Source: Octopus sinensis (Eukaryota). Taken from it: a stretch of DNA of 64,000 nt. How positions within the stretch are numbered: the first letter of the stretch is position 1; each line of letters opens with the position of its first letter. Shown here piece after piece: positions 12,204 through 25,199 of the stretch. Where the stretch lies: positions 56,544,001 to 56,608,000 of the forward strand of contig NC_042997.1 of the NCBI RefSeq assembly GCF_006345805.1. The letters are read 5' to 3'. A model generated the notes under the pieces. It was not told the origin of the DNA and ran no database searches. It was given only the letters and a program-made list of their open reading frames with translations. Position numbers and translations under genes: made by a program.

Positions 12204-12614
12204 CCTAATATCACTCCCCTGCTATTTTCTGTGAATGCTACCAGTCAAGTAACCTTAAATTCGTCACTCTATCTTGCTTTATTCATACACACTTTCTTTT
12301 TCCCTTTGAAACAAAAATATTTCCCTACCCTCTTCCCTCCATCTTTTCTTCAAATACCAATCCTTTTACTCAATTCTTTAACTCAGCCAAAACAGCTCCA
12401 TTGTTTTAATACCAGTCAAGTGACCTTGTTTAAATTCTTCCTTCTTCTCATTCCCTTATATTTTCTCCTTTTTCCCTTATTCAAATACTTATTTCTCCCT
12501 ACATTTATATACCCCTCTCATACTGTGCTCTCCACACATTCTGACTCAATCTTCCATGTGTTAACAAGTACATCCTTGCAACAATGTAACCATTAATTTA
12601 ATCAAGATATCCTT

Positions 12615-12698
12615 GGCCTGAAGAGTTGCTGGCAGTATACACCACACTTGGATTTTCACCATTTCTGAGGTTCTGCCACCTACGAAACATATGTAGCC
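12615..12698 (+). ncRNA. Hammerhead ribozyme motif at a probable Penelope-element 3' end
   Basis: GGC-CTGAAGA-G(ttgc)TGGCAG...CTGCCA(ccta)C-GAAA-CATATG-TA-GCC. Stem III is palindromic, the cleavage triplet is GUA, and stem I is only 3 bp. Confidence 0.6.
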
Positions 12699-12929
12699 CA
12701 GATCTTACCTCTTCCATTCTGTAACTCTTGTATTTTTATTTACTCACCCAGCAACTTTGGTCACCAACCGTCAAATATAAAAAGAACTTTTTTCAGCTTA
12801 TTATTCTTCGATATGAAAAAATCCACAACCTTTTGTCTCAATAAACCACTATTGTTTCTGAAAGTTGTTTTTTTATATTTACTACGGATTGCTCGAAGCT
12901 AACTTTTTCCCTACATCTTGATCCTTGGA

Positions 12930-13630
12930 TCTTACATCTTCAGGTAGATGGCCCTGCTCGATCTGTAAAAACTCCATAAGATGTACCTGATGTAAACTAT
13001 GGAAACATAAGAGGTGCAGCAATATCAAAGAAAGGCTAACTGGGAAGATAGTTTTTGTATGTGGCAGATGCTCAGGAGCAATAAACACTGAAAATGTGCA
13101 GAAAACAGCTTCTATCACATTCCAAAGGGAAAAAGTACAAGTAGTTGATAGCTTCTGTTACCTAGGTGACCAAGTCAGTAGCAGAGGTGGATGCTCTGAG
13201 AGTGTAGCTGCTAGAATAAGAATAGCCTGGGCAAAGTTCAGAGAGCTCCTACCTCTACTAGTAACAAAGGGCCTTTTGCTCAGAGTAAAAGGTAGACTGT
13301 ATGATGCCTATGAGTGAACAGCCATGCTACATGGCAGTGAAACATGGGTCATGACTGCTGAGGACATGCGTAAACTTGCAAGGCATGAAACTAGTATGAT
13401 CCACTGGATGTGTAATGTCAGTGTGCATGCACGACAGAGTGTAAAAGCCCTAAAAGAAAAGATGGACTTAAGAAGCATCAGATGTCGTGTGCAAGAGAGA
13501 CAACTGCACTGGTATGGTCATGTGCTGCATATGGATGAGGAACTGACTGACTCTCGTGCTGGTGACATGTGAAAAGTACCATTCATACATGGTCGATGCC
13601 AGTATCGCCTGACTGGCCCATGATGATCAT
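12930..13630 (+). mobile_element. RTE LINE fragment
   Basis: ORFs 13096-13317 and 13324-13572 give YLGDQV, RIAWAKFRELLPLL and LHWYGHV. Confidence 0.9.
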
Positions 13631-13904
13631 GATGATATATATATATATATATATATATAGGAAAATGTGTGAGATCTTTGGTACAGCTGGGTATATTTGA
13701 AAAAAGTAAAAGATGTATGTTGAAGTTTTGCCTTTTATGTTGTTTTGGATTTTTTTCAATTTGTGAACTTTTGGTAATCATTAAAAATTGCTGGTTTTCA
13801 TTTCAAAGTTAGTTAAGTGATTGATTTCCTTTAGTGTGAGATTATTTTGGTGCTTTGTCATCAGTTTACCTACTTTAATCATTGAATTTTTTTTCCTCAC
13901 ATTT

Positions 13905-14282
13905 ACTCTTTACTCATTTCAGTCATTTTGACTGTGACCATGCTGGAGCACCACCCTTAGTCGAGCAAATCAACTCCAGGACTTATTCTTTGTAATCATA
14001 GTACTTATTCTATTGGTCTCTTTTGCTGAACTGCTAAGCTGTGGGGATATAAACACACTACCATCGGTTGCCAAGCGATGTTGGGGGGACAAACACAGAA
14101 CACAAACTTATACACGCATATACATATACACAACAGGCTTCTTTCAGTTTCTGTCTACCAAATCCACTCACAAGGCTTTGGCCGGCCCAAGGCTATAGTA
14201 GAAGACACTTGCCTAAGGTGCCATGCAGGGGGACTGGACCCAGAACCATGTGGTTCGTAAGCAAGCTACTTACCACACAGCA
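13905..14282 (-). mobile_element. tRNA-derived SINE, full length (other copies at 19110-19517 and 57300-57570)
   Basis: Minus-strand head gtgtggtaagtagcttgctt...ggttctgggtccagtccc with A/B-box-like motifs, and a tail of gtaaagagta repeats. Confidence 0.85.
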
Positions 14283-14456
14283 ACATTTGTTGATTCATGT
14301 AAAATCCTTTGTTATTCAATTGTTCTAGGATCATATCTTTGTAGCGGTTTTTGTCCATGATGACGATTGCTCCACTTATGTCAGCTTCTTTTATGATTAT
14401 TGAGGAGTCTTTTTGCAGTTTGTTTAGTGCTAGCAGTTGATCTGCAGGGATGTTGC
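14283..14456 (-). mobile_element. Penelope-like element RT N-terminal fragment
   Basis: ALNKLQKDSSIIIKEADISGAIVIMDKNRYKDMILEQL matches the Penelope IIxxADKGxxxVIMD motif, with DKG degenerated. Confidence 0.75.
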
Positions 14457-15498
14457 ATTTGTGTTTCGTCTGTGTGTGTGTGTGTATACAGGTGTATGTG
14501 TATGTAGGCATCTAAGTATGTGTATATATGGGTATGTGTATAGATATAAGTTTATATATGCGTGTATGCATATGTATGTATATATGTGTGTGTGTATATG
14601 TGTATATATACATGTGTATGGATGAACAGTTATATATGTGTGTGTATATGAGTATATCTGTGCATGTGGGTGTATATATATGTAAATGTGGGTGTGTATG
14701 TATAGATAGATTTGTGTGTATTTATTTATTTATGTGTACATTTGTATGTGTGTGTATGCATACATATACATGTATGTATGTACTTATACATACATACATA
14801 CATACATACATACATACATACAATATATATATATATATATTATATATATATATATATATAAACGACGATGATTCTAAGATATTGTCTCGTCCTTCAATCT
14901 TTTCATGCATTCATTCGCCATTCGCTATTAATACTTTTAATATGTATCATTTACTAATATCTACTTTTGTAAGCTAATTATTTAAACTGACCCTTCAATA
15001 TATAACTTCTTAATCTCTCTCTCCCTCAACCTTTATTCATATTAATTCTTTATGTAATTTTCTAAATGAAATTTCTCCTTCCCTCTTGTGTTCTCAAGTT
15101 GGCTACATATATTTTTTTGTACAATCTCTCTAAATTAATCCTTGCTTGTTCATGGTGCCCTTACCCATTCCCATCCTCTCCACCAATACCAGACATCTCT
15201 TTCCACCAATACTAGATATCTCTCTCTTCTCCCAGTACCATTTCCAGATATCTCTCTTCTCCCACTACCATCACTGGATATCTCTCTTCTCTCACCAGAA
15301 CCCTCACTGGTGGTATCCTCTATCATACCTGCAATCTCCTCTCCCTCCTGAGACAAATGCAACTGGTTTAGCTGCGCACCTACTTAATCAGCTATCCTTC
15401 GTTTTGACTCAAAAATTGTCAACAAACTACTCAGTAATTTCCATGGACGTATCAAAGTGGAAAGAGAAAGCTAATGGGCTGTACATGTGTGCTTGTTC

Positions 15499-15560
<62 letters not shown>

Positions 15561-16049
15561 ATGCATACTTGTTCTTGTGTGTGTGTGTGTGTATGAGCAT
15601 GCTTGTTCCTCTCTTCTCTCACCAGAAACCCCCTTCCTCACTGGTGGTATCCTCTATTATACGTGCAAATTTCCTCTCCCTCTGTCTCTCTCTCCCGGGA
15701 CAAAGACAACTAATTTAACTGCCCACCTTTTTAATCTAACATTGGCATGTTGATATTCACATTCTCCTTTATCTTTCTTTATTGATTTACTTATATCTGA
15801 ACACCAGTAATGCTTAAATTTACATTTTTACGATGTCCATAATAATGCTTATACTTACAATGCCACTAACACCTACACCTACCCCCAGTAAGAGAAACAA
15901 TCTTAACACACTTGAATGTTTGAATGATGACAGGCTGAAAGTGTGAACAGGTGTAGCATGTCTATCAAATGAACATGGAAACCTTCTTCTTTTCAGGCAC
16001 TGAATAATATCTCCCCTCCCCATACCTCCTCCCACATTCCTATCCCAGT

Positions 16050-17816
16050 TTTTCAAGTTGGCACGCTGAAGAGTAGGTCTTGTGAGATTGTAGAGATGCT
16101 TGAAAGGAGACGTGTTGATGTATACTGCATACAAGAGGTAAGGTGGAGAGGAGCTTTAACCAGGGGTCCTCACAGGCAAGGCACATAGGTATGAAATCTT
16201 CTGGGAAGGTAACAGTGATGGAGTATGGAGTGTAGGTATACTCCTTGCGGAGAAATGGGTGGATAATGTCATAATGTCTATGACATTATCCACCCATTGA
16301 TCAGAAAGACCACCTTCTACAGGCTACCTCAAAGACAAGTGGCAATGACCTCATCTTTGTGGCTGGAGATTTTAATGGGCATGTTAGAAGGCAATCCAGT
16401 ATCTTCCATGGTGTTCACAGGGGCCATGGAATTGGTTCCCAAAATGAAGAGGGAACTAGGCTATTGGAGTTCTGTGATGCATGGAAGCTATTAATCTGCA
16501 ACACTAACTTCAAGAAGCCAGAGGGCCACCTAATAACCTATCAATCAGGTGATTCTGCTAGCCAGATTGATTTCATCTTCACCAGGCTGCAGGATGCAAG
16601 GTTGCTCTTAAATACAAAGATCCTCCTTGGTGAAGAATGTAACCCCAGCATAGACTAGTCATTAATGACTTTAGACTCGAGGCCAGAAAGATGCCAAGAA
16701 GCGGACCAATCCAGAAAAAAAGGATTTGAAAGCTAAAGAACCCTTCACATGGTCAGAGATTTAGGGACATCCTCATTGAGAAATTTGAGGAGAGGGAGGA
16801 GGAGCCACAGACTTTGGACATAGAGGGTAACTGGAAATTCTTATGGAACAGCTTACTGAGTGCCACAGACCAATTCTGCAGCTGATGCAAAGTCCCTTCC
16901 AGACCTAGAGTAATATGGTAGTGGAATAATATAGTAGACAAGGCCATTAGAGCAAAGAAACAGGCCTGTAAAGCCTGGAAGAGTGGGGGTGGCAGGGAAC
17001 TGTACCAGTTAGCCAGAAGGGAGGCAGGGCGACAGGTATACATAGCCAAGGGAAAAGCTGAAAAGAAGAAGTTTGCCAATGTTCAGCAACATGAGGATCA
17101 AAGAACTGAAGTATTTCAGATTGCATGACAGTGTATGAGAGAAAATTGTGATGTCACAGGAGAGAAATATGTCTGCATGGATGATGGTGCACTTGCTTTT
17201 AATGATTCTGCAAAGAAATAGGCTTGGAGAAGCTATTATGAAAGGCTGCTAAATGTAGAGAATGAATGGGAGGAGTGCCTGCCAAATGTTGACCCTGTAG
17301 AGGGACAAGCTACCCGAATAAATAGCACCCTGGTAGATGAAGCAATTAAGGATATGAAGTCAAGAAAAGCCCCCAGCCCATCAGGAATCACTGCTAAGAT
17401 GCTTAAAATATCTGGTGGTGTGGGTTGTGACCTAGTCACCCATATTCTAAACCAGGTAGTTAATGAAGGCATCATATCCAATGACTGGCGTAGCAGCACC
17501 ATAGTTAACTGCTACAAATGTAAAGGTGATGCTTTAAATAGAAATAACTACAGGTGTATCAAACTGCTGGATCAGGTGATGAAAGTCATGGCATAGCCCA
17601 ACTAATTGTGAGAGAGTCTGCTTAGATGAGATGCGGTTCGGTTTTGTGCCAGGTAGAAGCACTACTGATGTTAGATTCCTGGTACAGCAACGGCAGGAGA
17701 AATACCTAACCGAAGATAAACCCTTATACTTGGCTTTTGTTGACTTGGAGAAAGCCTTTGACAGGGTCCCCTGATCCCTTATCTGGTGGGCGGTGCAGAA
17801 ACTGGGGATTGACAAA
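16050..17816 (+). mobile_element. RTE LINE, 5' half (APE endonuclease plus start of RT); continues at 22910
   Basis: Translation gives VDVYCIQEVRW, AGDFNGHV, SQIDFI, NNYRCIKLL and LAFVDLEKAFD, with several stops. Confidence 0.92.
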
Positions 17817-18647
17817 TCTCTCTATATATAAACGGCAGTTTGTCTGTCTGTGTGTCTGTCAGGTTGTACCCTCACCCTGACCACGGCTTTCAACCGATTC
17901 TGATGAAACTTGACACACACATAGCCCAATGTCATAATTCAAAACTAACGCAGGGAAAATTTTGAAAAGTTCCCCCAGTTCTGAAAAAATTTGATAAATT
18001 CGACATGGGGTCGAGAATCTAAGCTTCTTATATGCAACATATTTTCTGTTGTAGTTTTCGCAACTTGCAATCGATTTTCACCAAACTCATGTTGAAGCTT
18101 AATGTTACCCTAAGAAACTTAATTCTGATGTTAGTTTTCCATGCAATACCTTACCATCAGAAAAAATCGATAAAATCATGCCATTTTGGGAAATCGCGTT
18201 CAAATTCAAGATGACATATTTTCGACAATATCTTTCACAAATTGGCAGGAATTTTTTTTTAAATTCACAGCAAGCATCATGTCTGCTCCAAGTAGCTATA
18301 TGGCCCTTTCTATTCCAATAGGATACTTTATTACTGGAAAAAATCAGTTAATTAAATCATATGTGGCACACATAGCAAACCGATTTGTGTATTAAACACA
18401 AACCACAGACTGTCTAGGGGATGCAACTCGACCTTTTTAACTCTCTTGGGAGGCGCAATGGTGTTTTCATGTTTACGCCCAAAGGGACAGCTAGGAACAT
18501 CGTATACACAGAAGCATTCGAGTGAAGAGAAGACATTGCAACCTACACATGCGCCTTCGTTCCCTAGGGGGAAAGGACTAGATTGGGATTAGTCGTTGCC
18601 TACTAGGGGCTCTTACATATCCGGGAAACGCTGGGCTATGCTGCTAG
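17817..18647 (+). mobile_element. Non-autonomous Helitron, family A
   Basis: 5' A|TCTCTCTATATATAAA. 3' imperfect hairpin ccgggaaacgctggg followed by CTGCTAG|T. Confidence 0.8.
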
Positions 18648-18797
18648 TACACAAATAAATCCAAATGTAGGTATAGACAAACACACACACACATATGTGC
18701 AAACTTAAACAACTACATACTTAAATACAAATAGAATGGTACATATACACCAACATACATTCATACACACGTATTTATATGCATATATGTACATATG

Positions 18798-19110
18798 TGG
18801 AGGCGCAATGGCCCAGTGGTTAGGGCAGCGGACTCGCGGTTGTAGAATCGCGGTTTCGATTCCCAGACCGGGCATTGTGAGTGCTTATTGAGCGAAAACA
18901 CCTAAAGCTCCACGAGGTTCCGGCAGGGGATGGTGGAGATCCCTGCTGTACTCTTTCGCCACAACTTTCTCTCAGTCTTTCTTCTGTTGGCCTGCTCACT
19001 TAGCCAGTGGGGTGACATCATTTGAAGGCTAAAACAATATGAAGTGCATTGTGACCAGCGATGTGTAGCAACAGCTGATAGCCTGGTCGGTCATGGTGAT
19101 CACAGTGATG
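18798..19110 (+). mobile_element. tRNA-derived SINE (second family; partial inverted copies at 19528-19645 and ~28815-28885)
   Basis: A box tggcccagtggtt and B-box-like ggtttcgattccc. Confidence 0.8.
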
Positions 19111-19668
19111 TACTCTTTTACTCTTTACTTGTTTCAGTCATTTGACTGTGGCCAAGCTGGAGCACCGCCTTTAGTCGAGCAAATCAACCCCGGGACTTAT
19201 TATTTGTAAGCCCAGTACTTATTCTATCGGTCTCTTTTGCCAAACTGCTAAGTGACCGGGACGTAAACGCACCAGCATCGGTTGTCAAGCGATGTTGGGG
19301 GGACAAGCACAGACACACAAACACTCACATATATATATATATACATATATACGACAGGCTTCTTTTCAGTTTCGGTCTACCAAATCCACTCACAAGGCTT
19401 TGGTCAGCCCGAGGCTATAGTAGAAGACACTTACCCAAAGTGCCATGCAGTGAGACTGAACCCAGAACCATATGGTTGGTAAGCAAGCTACTTACCACAC
19501 AGCCACTCCTGCGCCTGTATATATATATGGTGAAAGAGTACAGCAGGGATCGCCGCCATCCCCTGCCGGAACCTCGTGGAGCTTTAGGTGTTTTCGCTCA
19601 ATAAGCACTCACAACGCCCGGTCTGGGAATCGAAACCGCGATTCTACATATATATATATATATCTATA

Positions 19669-19707
<39 letters not shown>

Positions 19708-19712
19708 TATTA

Positions 19713-20222
19713 TCTATATATATAAAACTGTAATTGTGTGAGTGTCTGTCCCCTTCGATTTAGATTCCTAACTATTCCCACATTTTGCGGTGCAGTTTAA
19801 CCAAATTCGGGTATCTTATAGTCGTGATTCATATCGAGCCCGTCTGAGTATTAGTGCGCGTCTACGATGAGTCTACGATTTTAAAAATAATTTAACATCA
19901 TTTTTTATTCCATTTTAATGCATAATTTTTCGTGTGTCGATGGCGGTGGAGTTGGCGTCCATGGTCACACCTGCACCTGTTTGCATCTCCCCCTTCTTCC
20001 CTCCCTCGTGAAGCTGTGGGGAAGGGAGTGTAAGGAAATCAACGTCGTAAAGCGTTGTCAAGGAGACCAGCGTTCTTTTAGAACGACTTCATGGCTTGAA
20101 GACACCAAAACAGAAATGGCTAAGAAAGCCCGAATTGTCATCTATAAGGGAAGTAACTCTCTAAAAATGCTTATATAGTTATTTCCCTTACAAACCCGAG
20201 CAACGCTGGGCGATACTGCTAG
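19713..20222 (+). mobile_element. Non-autonomous Helitron, family B
   Basis: 5' A|TCTATATATATAAAA. 3' hairpin cccgagcaacgctggg followed by ACTGCTAG|T. Confidence 0.8.
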
Positions 20223-20231
20223 TTTTATATA

Positions 20232-20720
20232 TATATATAGACATACATATATGCATAGACAGATAGATAAACCGGTGGATAAGTGTGAGCGTATACATAT
20301 TTCGGTTACAAACTGGTGTCTATATGTGTTTAAAAGGATGAAGTATGTATGTATACAGCCATAATATGAGCATGTATGTATATATGTGTGCCTCTGTGTG
20401 TGTGCATATATGCATATATGTACATATACGTAGCTATTTGTGTACCACCAATTTCTTACACAATGAAAGGCACTTTCAAATGGTGACTCACTATTTCTTT
20501 TCTTTAACAATTCTAAAGAAATTCTAAAATATCTCTGCATCACTGAACCTAAAGAAACTTGTCCCTATTCAAATCTTAGGTCAACATTTTGCGCCAATTT
20601 AGAAATACATGTGTATGAATGTATGTGGGTGTATGTATTTAGAAAAATCGGTAAAACCGAAATATGTATACGCTCACTTATCCACCAGTTTATCTATCTG
20701 TCTATGCATATATGTATGTC

Positions 20721-20730
<10 letters not shown>
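20232..20730. repeat. Element with ~75-bp near-perfect inverted arms, embedded in TA repeats
   Basis: About 20232-20307 is the reverse complement of about 20655-20730. Confidence 0.8.
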
Positions 20731-20768
<38 letters not shown>

Positions 20769-20959
20769 TTAAATTTATAAGTTTAATTTATTAATTTAAA
20801 TAATTTAAAAAATTTTAACTTTAATTTAAATATTTTAATTGGATTTTTATATTTTATATTTTATATTTTTTATATTTTTTAATTAATTTTATTTCTATGT
20901 ATTGGCTTATGATTTTCACTGTTTGATTTGCCTAATAGTGGTTTTATCTCTAATTTAAT

Positions 20960-21477
20960 ATGTATGTATATATATATGTATATATATATATACATATATA
21001 TATGTATATATATACATATATATGTATATATATACAAATATATATGTATATATATATATATATGTATATACATATATATATATGTATATACATATATATA
21101 TGTGTATATATATACATATGTATATATGTATATATATATATACATATATATACATATATATATATGTATATATATACATATATATACGAGAAAGAAGCAA
21201 CAAGAATGGATTGGTTTTTAGTACAAAAACCAATCCATTCTTGTTGCTTCTTTCTCGTTTATAATCACCTCACATTACTGTATGGATAACACCATATAGT
21301 TTTTCTGGTGCATCTAAGTTAAGTACCACATTCAAGTAAATTCATTGGAAGTTACTTGAATCTTAATTGCTTTGATTGTATACATATATATATGTATATA
21401 TATATACATATATATATGTATATATATATACATATATATATATGTATATATATGTATATACATATATATGTATATAT

Positions 21478-21512
<35 letters not shown>

Positions 21513-21765
21513 AATATATATGTATTGTATATATATTATATATATATATATATAATATATATACATATATATATGTATATATATATATATGTATGGTATA
21601 TATATATATATATTACATATATATACATATATATAAATTATATATATGTATATACATATATATATATGTATATACATATATATATATGTATATACATATA
21701 TGTATATACATATATATATATATATATGTATATATAATATATATATATGTATATACATATATATG

Positions 21766-21797
<32 letters not shown>

Positions 21798-21809
21798 CAT
21801 ATATACATA

Positions 21810-21857
<48 letters not shown>

Positions 21858-22227
21858 CATATATATATATACATATATATATATTATATATATATATATA
21901 TATATACATGTATATAACATATATGTGTAATATGTATATATATATATATAACATATATATATATATATATATATAATATACACATATATATATATATACA
22001 TATATATATGTATATATACATATATATATGTATATATATATATGTAGGTATATATATGCTATATATATATATATATATGTATATACATATATATAATATA
22101 TATGTATATACATATATATATGTATATATATATATTATATATATATATGATATATATATATACATATATATATGTATATATATTACATATATATATGTAT
22201 ATAATATTATATATAAATATATTATAT

Positions 22228-22271
<44 letters not shown>

Positions 22272-22300
22272 TATATATATATACATATAGATATTCATAT
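20960..22300. repeat. Very long degenerate TA/TATG/TACA microsatellite
   Basis: Seen directly. It is the source of many spurious YI-rich ORFs. Confidence 0.95.
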
Positions 22301-22514
22301 ACAATGACCTCGAAACTATAGTCTGTATGTAGTACCCGGATCTTCGAGGGAGGATGACCTCCCTTTACAAACAAACAAGGACACTGAGATAGTGTCTAAA
22401 GTCCTTCTGGTGACGTTGATCGCCTGGGGCTAAAAGCATCAGTAACACCCCCACCACCACCACCCAGTGCCTAGCCATATTCAGATGGCTGATACCCCTT
22501 ACGTTGTATATATA

Positions 22515-22909
22515 TCTTTATATATAAAAGTGAGGTTGTGTGCTGTCTGTCTCCTACGATTTAGATTCCTAACTACTCCCACATTTTACGGTGCAGTTTA
22601 ACCAAAATCGGTTATCTTGTAGTCGTGATTCATATCGAGCCCTTATGTGTATTAGCGCGCGTCTATGATGAGTCTACAATTTAAAAAAAATTTACCATCA
22701 ATTTTTCCCATTTTTAATGCATTTTTGGTATATATAAGGGAAGTAACTCTCTAAAAATTTAATATTATATCTCAGAACGTAAAAAGTTACAGTAACACCC
22801 CCCCTTTGTGATTAGCCATATTGAGATGGCTATTATACTTTACATCTCTAAAAATGCTTATATAGTTACTTTCCTTACAAACCCAAGCAATGCCAGGCGA
22901 TACTGCTAG
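22515..22909 (+). mobile_element. Non-autonomous Helitron, family B (second copy)
   Basis: 5' A|TCTTTATATATAAAA. Homologous to 19713-20222. Ends in ACTGCTAG|T. Confidence 0.8.
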
Positions 22910-23990
22910 TGGTTAATAAGAGTTGCACAGGCCCTGTACAGGAATGCCATTATTAAGATAAGGGTCAGCAATAAGTATAGTAAAGAATTCCAGGTAGAAG
23001 TAGGGGTTCACCAAGGATCAGCCCTCAGCCCACTCATATTCATCAAAGTCCTCCAGGCAATAAAAGAGGAATTCAAGACAGGTTGCCCCTGAAAGCTCCT
23101 CTATGCTGATGACCTTGCTTTTGTAGCAGAATCACTACCAGAACTAGAAAAGAAATTTCAGGTGTGGAAGCAAGTTTTAGAATCGAAAGGCCTCAGAGTT
23201 AATGTTGCAAAAAACTAAAGTCCTAGTAAGTAGGAAGGTGAACACATCACAAATCCCTTCAGATAGATGGCTCTGCTCAATCTGTAGAAAAGGTGTGAGT
23301 AGGTGCTCAATAAGATGTACCCAGTGTAAGCTATGGGCGCATAAGAGCCGTAAGCAACATCAAAGGAAGGTTAACCAAGAAAATAGCTTTTGAATGCAGC
23401 AGATGCACAAGGGCAATAAACATCGCAGATCCTCAGAAAACTGATTTCCTCACATGTCAGGGGAGAAACTAGAAGTAGTTGATAGTTTCCGTTACCTAGG
23501 TGACCAAGTCTGTAGTGGGGGTGGATGCTTGGAGAGCATTACCACTAGAATAAGAATAGCCTGGGCAAAGTTCAGAAAGCTCCTACTTCTACTGGTAACA
23601 AAGGGCCTCTCACTCAAACTGCTATGCTACACAGCAGTGAAACATGGGCTCTGACTGCTGAAGACATGCGTAGGCTCGAAAGAAATGAAGCTAGTATGAT
23701 CCACTGGATGTGTTATGTCAGTGTGCACACACGACAGAGTGTAAGCGCCCCAAGAGAAATGTTGGACATAAGAAGCATCAGATGTGGTGTGCAAGAGAGA
23801 CAACTGCAGTGGTATGGTCATGTGCTGCATATGGATGAGGAGAGCTGTGTGAAGAAGTGTCACTCTCTAACAGTGGAAGGAAGCTGTGGAATAGGGGAGA
23901 CCCAGGAAGACAAAGGATGAAGTGGTGAAGCATGACCTTCAAACGATGGGCCTCACAGAAGCAATGACGAAAGACTGAGACCTCTGGAGC
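22910..23990 (+). mobile_element. RTE LINE, 3' half (RT, PHD-like finger, C-terminus)
   Basis: Translation gives WLIRVAQALYRN, GVHQGS, LLYADDL and CSICRKGV...CTQCKLWAHK. It is colinear with 16050-17816. Confidence 0.92.
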
Positions 23991-25199
23991 AGGAATTAAT
24001 CTTCTCTCTTCGCTCCTTTGTGCTACATGGGCTCAACTCTCCTACTCTCTTCATCTAACCCTCCTCCTGTCTCCTCTCTTCTTCTCACACCTACTTCCTC
24101 CCACCCACCTCTCCTCTCTTGTTCTGGCACCTACTTCCTCTCTTCACTCCTACCCACCTTCTCCCCTCTTCCTTCATCGTCACCCCCTCCCACATTACTC
24201 TGCCCCTACACATTCCAACCCCACCATCCCTAAACATCCTATCCCACCCCACCCCATCTCTTAGACCCCCACATCCCAACACCACCATACCACACACCAC
24301 CACCACACACCCCAACACCACCACATCACACCAAACACCACCATACCACACCACACTACATCACACCACCCCACACACACTAGCACTGACCACTTCCCAG
24401 CCCCACACCAGTGCACACACTAGCACTGACCAGTTCCCAGCACCTACACCATCATCCACACACCTACACATGCACACACGCACACATCAATGTCACCAGC
24501 CCCCTTCCACATGCACATACATGCGCACCTTCGTTTTGGGATCACCTCTACTTTATTATCTCCCCTTCTTCCTAACTCTCCTGTGTGACCCTTCTGTCCG
24601 ACATTCGTTATGATAGATCGCTAGCCACTAAACCTTTTTCTATTTTCTCTCCCTGTTTATTTCTATGTTCTTTTCTGTCAAAGAGCATAGGCTCAAAACA
24701 TAAAAACTTTCTCACTTCCTGAGCATTAAACTAATACATCTGTTTGTTGTTTACACACCCGTCTTCATCTTTTTTTTTGTAAATTCTCACTATATATACA
24801 TACATATATATACACACACATATAGGACCATTTAGTACAGGCATGTCAATGATTCCAATCTCATATAAAAGCAGTCATCAAAGCTGAAGGCAGACTCATA
24901 GTGTTAACCTATAAGAAAGCTTACTGAGGAATTGTGCACAATTTTTTATTAAATTACATTTGGTTTTTGCTAGATGTCAGGTCAATAAAGATTGAAAAGA
25001 ACAATACAGAAAGAATACTTGAAAAGTTGAAATGAGTGTGGAGCATTGGAGTGTCTTAATGGATCTGAAGTTTATCCTTCTATAGAAAAGGAAACAAAAG
25101 CAGAGGGAATGAAAAATAGTGAGGTTATAAAAATAAAAATGAATATTGATTCACATGATCTTATAATATTATTGAAGTATACGCCCATAATAATAAGGG

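Noticed and set aside
18798-18872. tRNA gene (also the SINE heads at ~19440-19517 and ~57040-57138)
   Set aside because: A/B boxes are present, but there is no convincing cloverleaf and each continues into a SINE body.
20879-22307. Many Y/I/C/V/M-rich ORFs (also at 2064-2333, 5421-5996, 8116-8586 and 14437-14977)
   Set aside because: They are translations of TA, CA and CATA microsatellites.
24018-24613. Pro/Thr/His-rich ORFs (also 35773-36507 and 49161-49769)
   Set aside because: These are low-complexity purine/pyrimidine-skewed tracts with no splice or domain support.
24672-24706. Functional hammerhead in the short repeat (and its copy at ~8835-8870)
   Set aside because: Core nucleotides are mutated in both copies, so I kept them only as decayed repeats.
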